From a virus (taxonomy: Duplodnaviria; Caudoviricetes): 64,000 bases of DNA. The stretch's first letter is position 1. Every line of letters begins with the position of its first letter. The stretch covers positions 18,597 to 82,596 of IMG/VR virus record IMGVR_UViG_3300042673_001351. One strand, written 5' to 3'. Shown in pieces: positions 9,797-19,983 of this stretch. Position numbers and translations under genes: made by a program. The notes below the pieces were generated by a model. It did not search any database. It was not told the DNA's origin and was given only the letters and a program-made list of their open reading frames with translations.

Positions 9797-11980
9797 TTAA
9801 GCTAAAAGATCTCCGAAAACTAACCAACCGCTTGGAGTTTTCATTGCTGTTACAACCGAATTTGTAGTTCTAAACTTTAATCCTGGTGTACCAACAACAC
9901 TGTTTGTTGAAGCAAATGATGCTCCAGTTCCTGATGCTTGGTAGAAATCAATTGATTGACCAGTTGAGTATCCAGATGAAGGAAGAGTAATTTGTACTGC
10001 TCCATTTATTGGGATAAACTTGTCTTGCTCACCAGATGCGAGTGTTTCTGATGATGTTCTCTCTGTTCCAAATGTTGTGATAGATGGAACGCCAACTTTT
10101 GTCTGTGTTCCGTCTGAGAATGCAATTCCAGATGCTGAAACAGTTACTGTGCCAGTAAATGTTGGAGCATCAATTGGTGACTTGGTGTCTATTTGAGTCT
10201 GAATTGCTGATGTGACTCCATTTAGATATTGAAGTTCTGTATTTGATACATCTCCAATAGTTGCTGACGCTGCTTCAAATCCAGCAACCTGTAGGTTATC
10301 AAGTGATCCTTGAGTAAAGTTGACTGTGGTAGCTGGTTCGTCTGTTACGTCCTTGAACAACTTCCACTTAGCGTCTGATACGTCTCTTACTATACCAGCA
10401 TGCTTTCCTGAACCATCGTTATAAGCAACTACAAGACCAAGGTCTACTGTGTTACTTGCATTTTGGTGGGCAAGCTGAAGCATGTTATCTTCAATTGTAA
10501 TAGATGTTGCTGATGCGTTAAATGTTGTACCGTTAATTGTTAGGTCTCCATCAACTACAAGGTTCTGATCAATTTCAACTGAGCCTGTAAATACTGCTCC
10601 AGACAATGAAGCCTTTCCATCAATTTGTCCTTGAATTCCTGAAGTTACTCCGTTAACATATCCAATCTCAGTTGATGAAACATCTCCGATTGATGTTGTT
10701 GAAGGAAGGACTACTGTTCCAGTAAATGTTGGGCCTTCTAAGTTAGCCTTTAGGTCAAGTGCTGCTTGTGTAGCAGTTGAAACTGGCTTATTAGCATCTG
10801 TCGTGTTATCAACATTTCCAAGGCCTACTGAAGACTTTGTAAGCGCTGCTACTGCAGTTGAGATCTTTGTATCTGCTGCTGTTCCTGCTGCTGTAATTGC
10901 ATCTGATTCTGCTGTGTCTGCGTACTCTTTTGTTGCTAGAAGTGAAGTATCTGCAATTCCGTGTACGTTGGTTGTGTCTGCTGTGAGAGTACTGATAGCA
11001 TCATCTACATATTTTTTAGTAGATGCTTGTAAATCAAATGTAGGAGCACCGTTTAAAGTTAAAGCTCCAGTCATAGATGAACCAGATTTTAACATTAAAT
11101 CTGCTGTGTTAACAATGCCATGAACATCTGTTGAGTCAGTACTATGATTAGTCATTGCGGTTCCTATTGCTGAATCTGCATAAGTATTTGCGTCTGCCTC
11201 TGCTTGATCTACATAAGATTCAGTAGCAAGTTCTGCTGTATCTGCAATTCCGTGTACGTTTGTTGTAGATGATCCGTGTGCTATTCCTGCTGCAGACAAA
11301 TTTCCAAGTGATGTTGTGACTCCTGCAGCATAGTTTGCGTCATCTCCAATTGCTGCAGCAAGCTCGTTAAGTGTATCTAGTGCTCCTGGTGCCGCATCTA
11401 CTAAATTGTTAACTGCTGATGTAATATCAGATGTCAACGCTACAGTTCCTGAAGAATTTGGGAAAGTAATTGTTCTGTTTGCTGTAGGGTCTACTACTGT
11501 AAGAATAGTTTCATAAGCATTTGCAGTTGCGCCTTCTAAAACAATACTTGACTTAGGAACTAACAGGTTACCGTCAACATCTAGCTTTGCTGGTCCGCCT
11601 GCATTTCCGACGTCTGCTAGTAATACATAATCTGCGGCTGTTGAGTTTTCTAATCCAGTTACTTGACTGTCAACATAAGATTTAAGTGCTACAACTGATG
11701 AGTCAATATTAAGAGAAATTGTATTTGTGGCATCGTTGTAAGATTTTGTAAGACCTGATCCCATTGAAAGGGCTGTGTCAATTGCATCTTGTGCAATTTC
11801 TGTAATTCCTGGTGCATCTGATGCGATGTATGAAAGGCTAGTCCATGCTGTGCTTCCAGTTCCAACTTTAATTTTTCTGGTGTCTGTTTCAACACCCATT
11901 TCACCTGCAGCTAGTGTAGGATTTGCTGAGGTCCATTCTGATGCTGTTCCTCGTCTTACTTGAATTCTTACTGTTGACAT
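9797..11980 (-). CDS. Tail fibre-like protein with Mtd N-terminal-like domain
   Basis: IQVRRGTASEWTSANPTLAAGEMGVETDT; VHGIADT repeats; VGLGNVDNT; C-terminal WLVFGDL. Confidence 0.75.
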   Translation of the reverse strand: MSTVRIQVRRGTASEWTSANPTLAAGEMGVETDTRKIKVGTGSTAWTSLSYIASDAPGITEIAQDAIDTALSMGSGLTKSYNDATNTISLNIDSSVVALKSYVDSQVTGLENSTAADYVLLADVGNAGGPAKLDVDGNLLVPKSSIVLEGATANAYETILTVVDPTANRTITFPNSSGTVALTSDITSAVNNLVDAAPGALDTLNELAAAIGDDANYAAGVTTSLGNLSAAGIAHGSSTTNVHGIADTAELATESYVDQAEADANTYADSAIGTAMTNHSTDSTDVHGIVNTADLMLKSGSSMTGALTLNGAPTFDLQASTKKYVDDAISTLTADTTNVHGIADTSLLATKEYADTAESDAITAAGTAADTKISTAVAALTKSSVGLGNVDNTTDANKPVSTATQAALDLKANLEGPTFTGTVVLPSTTSIGDVSSTEIGYVNGVTSGIQGQIDGKASLSGAVFTGSVEIDQNLVVDGDLTINGTTFNASATSITIEDNMLQLAHQNASNTVDLGLVVAYNDGSGKHAGIVRDVSDAKWKLFKDVTDEPATTVNFTQGSLDNLQVAGFEAASATIGDVSNTELQYLNGVTSAIQTQIDTKSPIDAPTFTGTVTVSASGIAFSDGTQTKVGVPSITTFGTERTSSETLASGEQDKFIPINGAVQITLPSSGYSTGQSIDFYQASGTGASFASTNSVVGTPGLKFRTTNSVVTAMKTPSGWLVFGDLLA

Positions 11981-12021
11981 ATTTATTACCCCTTATTTGC
12001 TAATTATAGCATTTATTTTTG

Positions 12022-12378
12022 TTAAACTATAACTCCAGAATCAAATGTTATCCCATATAATGAAGTATCTGGGCCACCACCGTCTGCGAATTTAGTTGCT
12101 GTTGTACTTACTCCGTTTGCTTGAACTGTATAGACTGGAAGACCATTATAATCTATAGCTAGTCCAATGTCCATAAAGCCTATTTCTGTTTGACTATCTG
12201 GAATGTCCGACACAAATGCAATTGGGCTCCAGGTTCCATTTAACTGGATCTGTAGCTTATTTGTTGTTGTGTCAAATCTAAGGGGTGTATTGCCTAATAC
12301 AACGTTAGAGTCAAAGGTAGCGTTTCCTGCTACGTTTAACCCGTTTTTTACTCTAAAGTTTTTATCTGTTGTTGCCAT
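12022..12378 (-). CDS. Virion-associated protein
   Basis: KNFRVKNGL N-terminus shared with the neighbouring structural gene. Confidence 0.55.
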   Translation of the reverse strand: MATTDKNFRVKNGLNVAGNATFDSNVVLGNTPLRFDTTTNKLQIQLNGTWSPIAFVSDIPDSQTEIGFMDIGLAIDYNGLPVYTVQANGVSTTATKFADGGGPDTSLYGITFDSGVIV

Positions 12379-12410
12379 TTAAGTTCACATATCCCCTAAT
12401 TGTTTTTTGT

Positions 12411-12431
12411 GGGGAGATTCAGGCTCTCCCC
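12411..12431. terminator. GC-rich hairpin between structural genes
   Basis: ggggaga-ttcaggc-tctcccc. Confidence 0.45.
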
Positions 12432-12446
12432 TAGCCTTTTATTTAA

Positions 12447-14039
12447 TTATTTAATTAATGTTCCAACTACAACAACTTCAGTGTTATTGTTTGCTGGTGT
12501 TACTCGAATTCTTACATCTGAGCCAGAATAATCTGCAGTTATTGCAGCTAACTCTGTTCCGTTTGAATATGTAATTCCATATTCAGAAACTGCTACGTTG
12601 TTAGAAGTATCAAGTGTAACTACTAAGTCTGATACCTGGGTGTGGCTACCATTTTTTGCTTTAATTACAAGCTTAGCGCTTCGGTAATCTTCTGCTGCCC
12701 ATGAGATAGCAGTTGTTGCTGCAGCGGTTACAATATTTCCAGTTGTTGCTGCAACTTGCTTGGCAACAGAGTTGTAATTAATTGCTGTAAATGATGTAGT
12801 TCCGTTTTGCTGTGCTGTATTAGCTGCTGCTGCTGTGGCTTCTGCTGCTGCTTGAGCTGCGTTAGCCTTTGATGTTGCATCTGCTGATGCTGTTGAGATA
12901 GCGGCTGCTTGGGCTGCGTTGGCCTTTGATGTTGCATCTGCTGCTGCTGTTGCTTCTGCTGCAGATTGGGCTGCGTTGGCCTTTGATGTTGCGTCTGATG
13001 CTGCTGCTGATTGGGCTGCGTTGGCCTTTGATGTTGCATCTGCTGCTGCTGTGGCTTCTGCTGCTGCTTGAGCTGCGTTGGCCTTTGATGTTGCATCTGA
13101 TGCTGCTGCAGATTGGGCTGCGTCTGCTTCGCCCTTAGCAAATGCTGTGGTTGCAATCTGAGTTGTGTTAGTATCTGCTGCTGCTGTAGGAGCTGTTGGA
13201 ACTCCAGTAAGATCTGGAGAAGCAAGCGGTGCCTTTGTTCCCAAAGCTGTTGTAATAGTTGTTGTGTAATTAGCGTCATCATTAATTGCTGCTGCTAATT
13301 CATTTAATGTATTAAGAAGTGCTGGTGCACCATCTACTAATGAATCTACTGCAGTTGAAATTGCTGTATTACGGTTTGAAACCTCTGTTGAGATTGCAGT
13401 TGAAAGTGCTGATGCTGCAGTGGCTTCTGCTGCTGCTTGAGCTGCGTTGGCTTTAGTTGTAGCATCTGTTGCTGCTGCTGTAGTTGCTGCAGACTGTGCT
13501 GCGTTAGCCTTTGATGTTGCATCTGCTGATGCTGTTGCTTCTGCTGCTGCTTGAGCTGCGTTAGCCTTTGATGTTGCATCTGCTGATGCTGTTGAGATAG
13601 CGGCTGCTTGGGCGGCATCTGCCTTAGTGGTTGCATCTGCTGATGCGGTTGCTACTGAGGCTGCGTCGCCTGATACTCTAAGTGCTGCTTCTGCTGCTAC
13701 TTTTGTTGTAGCGTCTGTTCCTGCTGCTGTAATTGCTGCTGACTGTGCTGCGTTAGCCTTTGATGTTGCATCTGCTGATGCTGTTGCTTCTGCTGCTGAC
13801 TGTGCTGCGGCTGCTGCGCCTGATGTATCAAATACGCCAGATTTAATATTAAGCTCTCCAGCAATAACTTCCATCTGTGTTGATTCAACAGAGTTTATAA
13901 GATTGGTTCCACCAACAAGATTGAGAATGTAAGCATCTCCGCCTGTTTCTGTAAGTATGTTTTGGCCATTGATTGTTCCTGTTGATCCTTCAACTACAAG
14001 GCCTTGTTTGATTCTAAAGTTTTTTACTACCGTTGCCAT
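12447..14039 (-). CDS. Ala-rich coiled-coil tail fibre protein
   Basis: Many ADATSKANAAQ repeats; APALLNTLNELAAA and PTAPTA...NTTQIATTAF fibre motifs. Confidence 0.75.
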   Translation of the reverse strand: MATVVKNFRIKQGLVVEGSTGTINGQNILTETGGDAYILNLVGGTNLINSVESTQMEVIAGELNIKSGVFDTSGAAAAAQSAAEATASADATSKANAAQSAAITAAGTDATTKVAAEAALRVSGDAASVATASADATTKADAAQAAAISTASADATSKANAAQAAAEATASADATSKANAAQSAATTAAATDATTKANAAQAAAEATAASALSTAISTEVSNRNTAISTAVDSLVDGAPALLNTLNELAAAINDDANYTTTITTALGTKAPLASPDLTGVPTAPTAAADTNTTQIATTAFAKGEADAAQSAAASDATSKANAAQAAAEATAAADATSKANAAQSAAASDATSKANAAQSAAEATAAADATSKANAAQAAAISTASADATSKANAAQAAAEATAAAANTAQQNGTTSFTAINYNSVAKQVAATTGNIVTAAATTAISWAAEDYRSAKLVIKAKNGSHTQVSDLVVTLDTSNNVAVSEYGITYSNGTELAAITADYSGSDVRIRVTPANNNTEVVVVGTLIK

Positions 14040-14055
14040 TTTATCTCCTGCCGTC

Positions 14056-14613
14056 TTAAGACTTTAAAGACGTTCTGTAATATCTAGCGGTTACAGATCC
14101 ACTTATTGGTGCTACGTTTAAACTTATTATACCTGAATTTTCTTCAAAAGTAACATTAGCAAGAGTACTGCTTGTGTTAGATATAATATTTGATTCTACT
14201 ACATTTAAATTTGTTCCATCGTTTAATAATAAAATATCTGATGTTGCGTATTCGCTTCCTTTTGAAATCTGAAGCTTGTATGAAACTGTCCTGTATGCTG
14301 TTTTTGAAAACTCATCTACTTTTGTTTTGTTTTCAATTCCCGCAATTGTAAGGTCATTGTTTCCTTCTAGGCCTAAAAGAACTTCTGCCACTGAGGTTGA
14401 GTTTTCAATGTCTTGCAATTGAGCAATTACATCTGCTACCTTATAGTCTAAAGAGTTTACATCTTGAGAGCCATTGACTCCAACTTTTGCTTGTAATGCC
14501 TCTATCGCATCATTAGCGTTAGTATGTTGTTGCGAGTGAGATGGACTAGATAACGCATCCGTTGAGTTTGGATTTGTTAATGAGTCTATCGAACTTGGAA
14601 AATTTGTTGCCAT
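14056..14613 (-). CDS. Virion structural protein
   Basis: MATNFPSSIDSL...HSQQH...NDAIEALQAKVG, a phage structural N-terminus. Confidence 0.6.
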   Translation of the reverse strand: MATNFPSSIDSLTNPNSTDALSSPSHSQQHTNANDAIEALQAKVGVNGSQDVNSLDYKVADVIAQLQDIENSTSVAEVLLGLEGNNDLTIAGIENKTKVDEFSKTAYRTVSYKLQISKGSEYATSDILLLNDGTNLNVVESNIISNTSSTLANVTFEENSGIISLNVAPISGSVTARYYRTSLKS

Positions 14614-14679
14614 TGTTTTATTGCTCCAAAATTATGACTTGTAGGTATATTATATCCTATTTATTGTTATAGGACACAC

Positions 14680-15681
14680 CTATTTTTTTATTAAATTTTG
14701 CCATTCTGTATACATTACTATAAGCTTTTCTGAAAAATCCTCTTCTGATGAATTGATTGCATTTGGGTCTAGTGCTGCGTTGTAGGAATCATGGACTAAG
14801 GCGTTATCTGTAAAAAATACATCATATGGCTCTACGTTTATAGAAACTACTAGCTCTGTAGAGTTTATTGGCATCCACTGAGTGACTGGGTTCCAGTCTT
14901 GTGTCATTGGAGAAAATATGAAATCTGCTAATGTAACATCAGTAACATTTTTAAATTTTATTCCTTCATTATTTTTAATCAGAACCCAGTGCGCTTTAGA
15001 ATATTTGTTTTCATTGATAACAATAGCCCCATCTGTAATTCTTGCAGCCATTGCAACTACGGTAGTTTCTATGTCTGTATCTATTAATGTGTCTTGTGTT
15101 GACCAATTTTGTATGTAATTTGCAATTTGATCATTAGATGTATCAATTCCTTCAATTGCAGCAGAATAAAGTACGTCTCCAACTTTTAAGTTATATGCCA
15201 ATATTAATCCTTGTGGATTTTTACTTTTAACTAAAGTAGCTGCTCCTAAAGATTTACCTCCCTCGCCTGGGGTGGGTGCAAATGAAAAACCTGTAAAATT
15301 ATATGTTGTAAAATCATATGGAGGCACTACAACTGGTGTAAATGAAAATGGATTCAATTCTTCCCAGGTAAAGCCATATGGCGGGGGATCAACTGGAGGA
15401 TCTGGTGGTGCGGTAAATGAAAATGGTGTAAAGCCAAATGGAGTAAAGCTAAAAGATCCATATGTGTATTCTATTTGAGTTCCTACGGGAACAACTGAAT
15501 TTTCTGCAATAGACTGATCAATTATTTTTCCACCCAAAGATTCATTTGAAGTTCCTGTGTTATTTTCTATAACAGATAATCCTAAACTATTTAATAATGA
15601 TAAGGCTTCTGACCTAACCATTCCAACAGTATTTGGAATAGATACCCTTTTTTTAATTTTTGAAGATCTAAAGCGTCTCAC
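14680..15681 (-). CDS. PASTA domain + [F/Y]xFT/Pro-rich segment + Hint domain + C-terminal tail
   Basis: IPNTVGM...EA...L..LGL...IIDQS...VPVGT (PASTA). Hint: SLGAATLV...YSKAH...INVEPYDVFFTDNALVHD (14788-15252). GTG start overlaps the upstream TGA. Confidence 0.75.
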   Translation of the reverse strand: MRRFRSSKIKKRVSIPNTVGMVRSEALSLLNSLGLSVIENNTGTSNESLGGKIIDQSIAENSVVPVGTQIEYTYGSFSFTPFGFTPFSFTAPPDPPVDPPPYGFTWEELNPFSFTPVVVPPYDFTTYNFTGFSFAPTPGEGGKSLGAATLVKSKNPQGLILAYNLKVGDVLYSAAIEGIDTSNDQIANYIQNWSTQDTLIDTDIETTVVAMAARITDGAIVINENKYSKAHWVLIKNNEGIKFKNVTDVTLADFIFSPMTQDWNPVTQWMPINSTELVVSINVEPYDVFFTDNALVHDSYNAALDPNAINSSEEDFSEKLIVMYTEWQNLIKK

Positions 15682-17039
15682 GCCTTTAGGTCTCCTAAAA
15701 CTACCCAAGAATTTGCTGATCTTTTAATTAAACTTGCGCTTGACCATTGAGATCTTAATTTTAAACCTGGTGTTGCATTTGGGGTAAATCCGTCTCCAGC
15801 AATAGTAACTTGATTTGATGTAGTTTGTAATACTTCAATATATGTTCCAATAGGGAAATTATAGGTAGAGTCGTTTGGTATTGTCAAAGTGCTAACTTCT
15901 GTCATCTCTATCATTTTGTTTGCATCTGAACCTTGTAGTGTGTATGAAGAAGATTGAGAATTTGTTACAATTAAAAACTTTTCTATATCTGAGGTGTTAT
16001 CCACGTTTCCAAGCCCAACCATTGTTTTTGTAATGCCTGATACGGTGCCTGTAAATGTTGGTGAGGCTAATGGAGCTTTAAGATTAAGAGCGTTTAATGT
16101 GTCTGTTGATATTGGTTTAAGAGCGTCTGTTGTATTATCAGCATTTCCTAAGCCTACCATATCTTTAGTAATACCCGAAACCGTTCCAGTAAATGTTGGT
16201 GAGGCTAATGGAGCTTTTGCTGTTAATTCTGTGGTTATTGTTGCTGCGTACGATGCGTCGTCATTAATTGCTGCGGCTATTTCATTTAAAGTATTTAAAG
16301 CACCTGGTGCTGCATCTATTAAGTTTGAAATTGCAGTTCCAACGTATGTTTCAGTTGCATATCCAGTTAAATTTGGAATGGTTGGTTTGCCAGAAAGATC
16401 ATCATATGCTCCGCTAAACAAAGAAGGCTTACCAGTTAAATCTACATAAGAGCCGCTAAACAAAGAGGGCTTGTTAGTTAAATCGTTATAAGATCCACCA
16501 AATAGTGTTGGCTTATCAGTTAGGTCAATATAAGATCCGCTAAACAGTGTTGGTTTATCGGTTAAATTATTATAAGACCCAGGAAATAAAACAGGCTTGT
16601 TGCTTAAATCATTATAGCTAGTAGGAACTTGTGATAGCAACGCTATTGTTCCTGATGCGCTGGGAAGATTTACTGTTATGTCTGAGGCTACGTCTGGGGA
16701 TTGTAGTGTTAATTCATAATCGTTTGCAGTAGAGCCTTCTATAATAATTTTGTCTTTTGGAATTAGTAGGTTTCCGTCAATATCTAATTTTGCTGGGCCT
16801 CCTGCATTTCCAACATCTCCAACTTCCACATATGAAGACAAGGTGTTTTCTAAATCTTGAGTGGTAAGAGAGCTGTAGTATGAAGTGCTACTCCAACTAG
16901 ATCCGTTTCCAATTTTAAATTTATTTAAATCTGAGGATATAGCAATTTCTCCAGCAAGCAATATTGGATTATCTCTAACCCAGTCAGACTCTATGTCTCT
17001 TCTTAATTGAATTCTAACTACCACTTGAGCTTCCTCCAT
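15678..17039 (-). CDS. Tail fibre-like protein with Mtd N-terminal-like domain and 14-aa repeats
   Basis: IQLRRD...NPILLAGEI...FKIGNG; about six LFSGSYxDLTxKP repeats; WVVLGDL end. Confidence 0.75.
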   Translation of the reverse strand: MEEAQVVVRIQLRRDIESDWVRDNPILLAGEIAISSDLNKFKIGNGSSWSSTSYYSSLTTQDLENTLSSYVEVGDVGNAGGPAKLDIDGNLLIPKDKIIIEGSTANDYELTLQSPDVASDITVNLPSASGTIALLSQVPTSYNDLSNKPVLFPGSYNNLTDKPTLFSGSYIDLTDKPTLFGGSYNDLTNKPSLFSGSYVDLTGKPSLFSGAYDDLSGKPTIPNLTGYATETYVGTAISNLIDAAPGALNTLNEIAAAINDDASYAATITTELTAKAPLASPTFTGTVSGITKDMVGLGNADNTTDALKPISTDTLNALNLKAPLASPTFTGTVSGITKTMVGLGNVDNTSDIEKFLIVTNSQSSSYTLQGSDANKMIEMTEVSTLTIPNDSTYNFPIGTYIEVLQTTSNQVTIAGDGFTPNATPGLKLRSQWSSASLIKRSANSWVVLGDLKA

Positions 17040-17478
17040 TTATTATTAATGTATACTCATTAATAGAATCTCCACCGTTAAGAATTACACTATCTGATTC
17101 AGGGGAATACAGAGAATCTGAAAACCCTCCAGGAAGCAAAGACAGTCTTTCAAAACTAGGTGCGTCTACTATATCACTTGGGCCGCCACCATCAATACCT
17201 ACAACAACTGGAATACTTTCTGAAACACTTTGTGTAGTATTAACATCTTTAAATGTAATTGGATTTTCTACATCTATTGTGTGTACTGCTCCATCGTATG
17301 CGTGTGTATGCATATAAAATGGGGTTGGATCATCGCTTTGTGGGGTAATGTCTACCCAAAAATCTCCATTATATATTCTAATATTTTTTGTTAAAATATT
17401 AAAGTATACGTCACCCTCTAAAGCTGTAGATGGATTTTCTGCCAGCGTTAGAAGGTTTAATAAAGACTTAAGTTTCAT
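17014..17478 (-). CDS. Virion-associated protein
   Basis: PSTALEGDVYFN...IYNG motif typical of fibre proteins. Confidence 0.55.
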   Translation of the reverse strand: MKLKSLLNLLTLAENPSTALEGDVYFNILTKNIRIYNGDFWVDITPQSDDPTPFYMHTHAYDGAVHTIDVENPITFKDVNTTQSVSESIPVVVGIDGGGPSDIVDAPSFERLSLLPGGFSDSLYSPESDSVILNGGDSINEYTLIINGGSSSGS

Positions 17479-17485
17479 TTTTTAT

Positions 17486-18853
17486 TTAGCCTATTACTAC
17501 TACTTTGTATTCTCCTGATGCAGGTGCTACTGCAAATTTAATAGTTACGGCAGATGCAGATGTTAATTCTACGTCTGTCTCAACTTTAGCATATGGAGAA
17601 GCTGCTTGCGAAACCTGTACTAAAACATCAGTTGAACCCAAGTTATGAGTAACTGTGTATGATGTTGCTACTGAGTTTAATGTCTCGACATACTTTCTAG
17701 TTATTGCATGATAGTTAGTTCCATCATTTGTAACTGTCCATTTATCTGAGGACTCGTTCCATAGAATTTCAACATCTGTTTCGCTGCCTCGCTCTACACG
17801 AATTCCAGCGTCTGCTACTGGTGCTCCAGTAAAGTCAGTATTAAGATTAATCTTATTATCAACAATGTTTACCTGGGTCGTATTTACAGAGTTAACTGTT
17901 CCTGTAACATTTAAGTTGCCACCCACAAGAAGATTGCCAGTAATTGTTACGTCATCTGGAAGCCCAATTGTTACTGCTGAATTTTCTGATCCTGAACCAG
18001 AAACTGTAATTTCATTTGCTGTTCCAGCAATTGTTGCAATATAGTTACCAGTTGTTTGTGTTGCAAGATTAACATTTTTAATACTTACTGCGCCATCTGT
18101 GACGGTAAAGTCTGCGTCTGCAAATGAAGCAACACCACGATTTGTAGTTGTTGCAATTTCTGCATCTACTGTTAGGGTTCCTGCTGTATCATCGTATGAT
18201 ACATCAATGCCTTCTCCAGCAACAATTTGTGAAGAAACAATATCTTGTACACGCTCAGCATTTAATGTTACTGCGCCTGCTGCTACGGTAAAGTCTATGG
18301 CATCAAAACTTGCAACACCTTTATTAGATGAAGTTGCGTCTTCTGCTGATACTGTAATTGTGTTGTTTGTTACGGCAACGTCAATTCCTTCTCCACCTGC
18401 AACGGTTAATGTATCGGTTAATAAATCAACTGTGTCTGTTCCAGTGTCTCCAGCAATTGAAAGATTAGTTGCTACGTTTACTGTTCCTGCTGCAGTCAAA
18501 CGACCTTGTGCGTCTACTGTAAATGTAGGAATTGCTGTTGTAGATCCGTATGATCCAGCTGTTACTGATGTGTCATCTAAATCAATTACTGTTGTTCCTG
18601 TTGAGTCTGTATACGTTGCGGTTAAGCCAGTGCCACCAGAAACGTATGCACCAATAGCATCTTGAATTACTTCTAGGGAGCCAGATGTTGGGATCCAGGT
18701 TGTTCCGTCATAAAAGTATACAATTTTATCTACTGTGTTAAAATATATTTGACCTTCTACTGGGCTTGAAGGCGCAGTACTAAGGTTTTGAATTCGAGCA
18801 TTTTGTAATTCATTTTTGTTAAGGTCTAAGCTAACTAAAAATTTTCTTGCCAT
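17486..18853 (-). CDS. Tail fibre/structural protein
   Basis: PSSPVEGQIYFN, AGSYG...TVDAQGRLT, VTHNLG. Confidence 0.7.
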   Translation of the reverse strand: MARKFLVSLDLNKNELQNARIQNLSTAPSSPVEGQIYFNTVDKIVYFYDGTTWIPTSGSLEVIQDAIGAYVSGGTGLTATYTDSTGTTVIDLDDTSVTAGSYGSTTAIPTFTVDAQGRLTAAGTVNVATNLSIAGDTGTDTVDLLTDTLTVAGGEGIDVAVTNNTITVSAEDATSSNKGVASFDAIDFTVAAGAVTLNAERVQDIVSSQIVAGEGIDVSYDDTAGTLTVDAEIATTTNRGVASFADADFTVTDGAVSIKNVNLATQTTGNYIATIAGTANEITVSGSGSENSAVTIGLPDDVTITGNLLVGGNLNVTGTVNSVNTTQVNIVDNKINLNTDFTGAPVADAGIRVERGSETDVEILWNESSDKWTVTNDGTNYHAITRKYVETLNSVATSYTVTHNLGSTDVLVQVSQAASPYAKVETDVELTSASAVTIKFAVAPASGEYKVVVIG

Positions 18854-18865
18854 TTTGTTTCTCCT

Positions 18866-19321
18866 TTATGACAGGTATGCTGTCCCTGAAAATGGTTGAG
18901 CCATTGTCAGCCTTATTCTATCTATATCTAAATAGTCCAGTCCAGTTTCAACTGTTTCTCCAGAGCTATCTTTTGTTGTTACATTTGGGAAAAATCCAAG
19001 ATTATGTGTTAGGGTTACTGAATATACACCATCGGTTGGTCCAACAACTTGAGCAATTTCCCATGAAGATGAGTATGAATACTCTGAGCCTTCTTGAATA
19101 AATTTAATAACAGTTGCTCCAGACCAACTTAAATCTGTAATCTTTGGTCCGTAGAAATCTGTTGTAACTGTGTTGTAATAAAAATCTCCAGTAACCCCTA
19201 GGTTATTTGATGGTGCAGAGACTCCATTTAATATAGTTCTTCCAGCAGGGCCTTGTGGTCCTGGTGATTTTATAATTACTTTATTTTTTACTTCTTTTAC
19301 TATTACTTTTTCTGCTGACAT
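18866..19321 (-). CDS. Structural protein with short collagen-like stretch
   Basis: GPQGPAG, GDFYY...YGPK, THNLG. Confidence 0.6.
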   Translation of the reverse strand: MSAEKVIVKEVKNKVIIKSPGPQGPAGRTILNGVSAPSNNLGVTGDFYYNTVTTDFYGPKITDLSWSGATVIKFIQEGSEYSYSSSWEIAQVVGPTDGVYSVTLTHNLGFFPNVTTKDSSGETVETGLDYLDIDRIRLTMAQPFSGTAYLS

Positions 19322-19677
19322 TATATAGTTACCGATCTGCTGAGAGTTAAAAACCCTTCGAGGAGTTTTATTTTATTCCCGTTAGAATCGACAACCATAA
19401 CGTCATAAGAAGATTTTGGATAAAAGAGTTTATTTGTCTGGGTAGGTGTCATTTTAATGGTTAGTGTTCCAGTTGCACCATTAATTGTTATACCACCAGA
19501 GGGTGATGTTAGTGTAAATGCTAGTTTGGATCCACCTTTAGTATCACGTACTTGCATCTTTGCAGTTGCATTTACTAAACTTATTGGTGTGACTTCGTCC
19601 TCTAAGGTGTATTGAACCTCAAAGGTAAAAGTAGCATTTTGATCTACTTCAAAATTCTTTTGTACTGCCATTTTCAA
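19321..19677 (-). CDS. Baseplate/tail adaptor-like protein
   Basis: DQNATF...AKMQVR...YDV...LLEGFLT pattern of phage Ig-like adaptor proteins. Confidence 0.5.
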   Translation of the reverse strand: MKMAVQKNFEVDQNATFTFEVQYTLEDEVTPISLVNATAKMQVRDTKGGSKLAFTLTSPSGGITINGATGTLTIKMTPTQTNKLFYPKSSYDVMVVDSNGNKIKLLEGFLTLSRSVTI

Positions 19678-19749
19678 AATCTCCTAAAATAGGAAAACTC
19701 CTATGCTTATTTTAGCACAGGAGCTATCCTAATCGACTACTATTTTATT

Positions 19750-19944
19750 TTACTTTTTAAAGCCAAACTCTGTATTGCTTGGGCTTAGCGCCTTGAGAAT
19801 AACTGGGGCAACTGCTGCAACTCCTGCTGCAATTAAATCCTTTGGATTTGTATTTCCAGTCATGTATAAAGCTGTAGCTGCTGCTAGGAATGCTCTTCCG
19901 TAAGTTCCTAGGGCTGCTAGTATTTGTTCTGTATAGCTATTCAT
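19750..19944 (-). CDS. Putative holin (two hydrophobic segments)
   Basis: 64 aa, YGRAFLAA..., charged C-terminus, at the head of the structural block. Confidence 0.6.
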   Translation of the reverse strand: MNSYTEQILAALGTYGRAFLAAATALYMTGNTNPKDLIAAGVAAVAPVILKALSPSNTEFGFKK

Positions 19945-19983
19945 ATTATCTCCTTTTGGCTTTCGCCACTATATATTCTACCA

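Noticed and set aside
12728-13932. Poly-Q and poly-L ORFs
   Set aside because: Alternative frames of the Ala-rich (GCA/GCT) tail fibre gene.
8594-15252. Hint domains as selfish mobile inteins
   Set aside because: No homing endonuclease, not inserted in conserved enzyme motifs, and both are tied to the same repeat and tail, which fits a functional module better.
9797-17039. Diversity-generating retroelement suggested by Mtd-like N-termini
   Set aside because: No reverse transcriptase and no TR/VR pair differing at adenines seen; only the N-terminal structural domain is shared.
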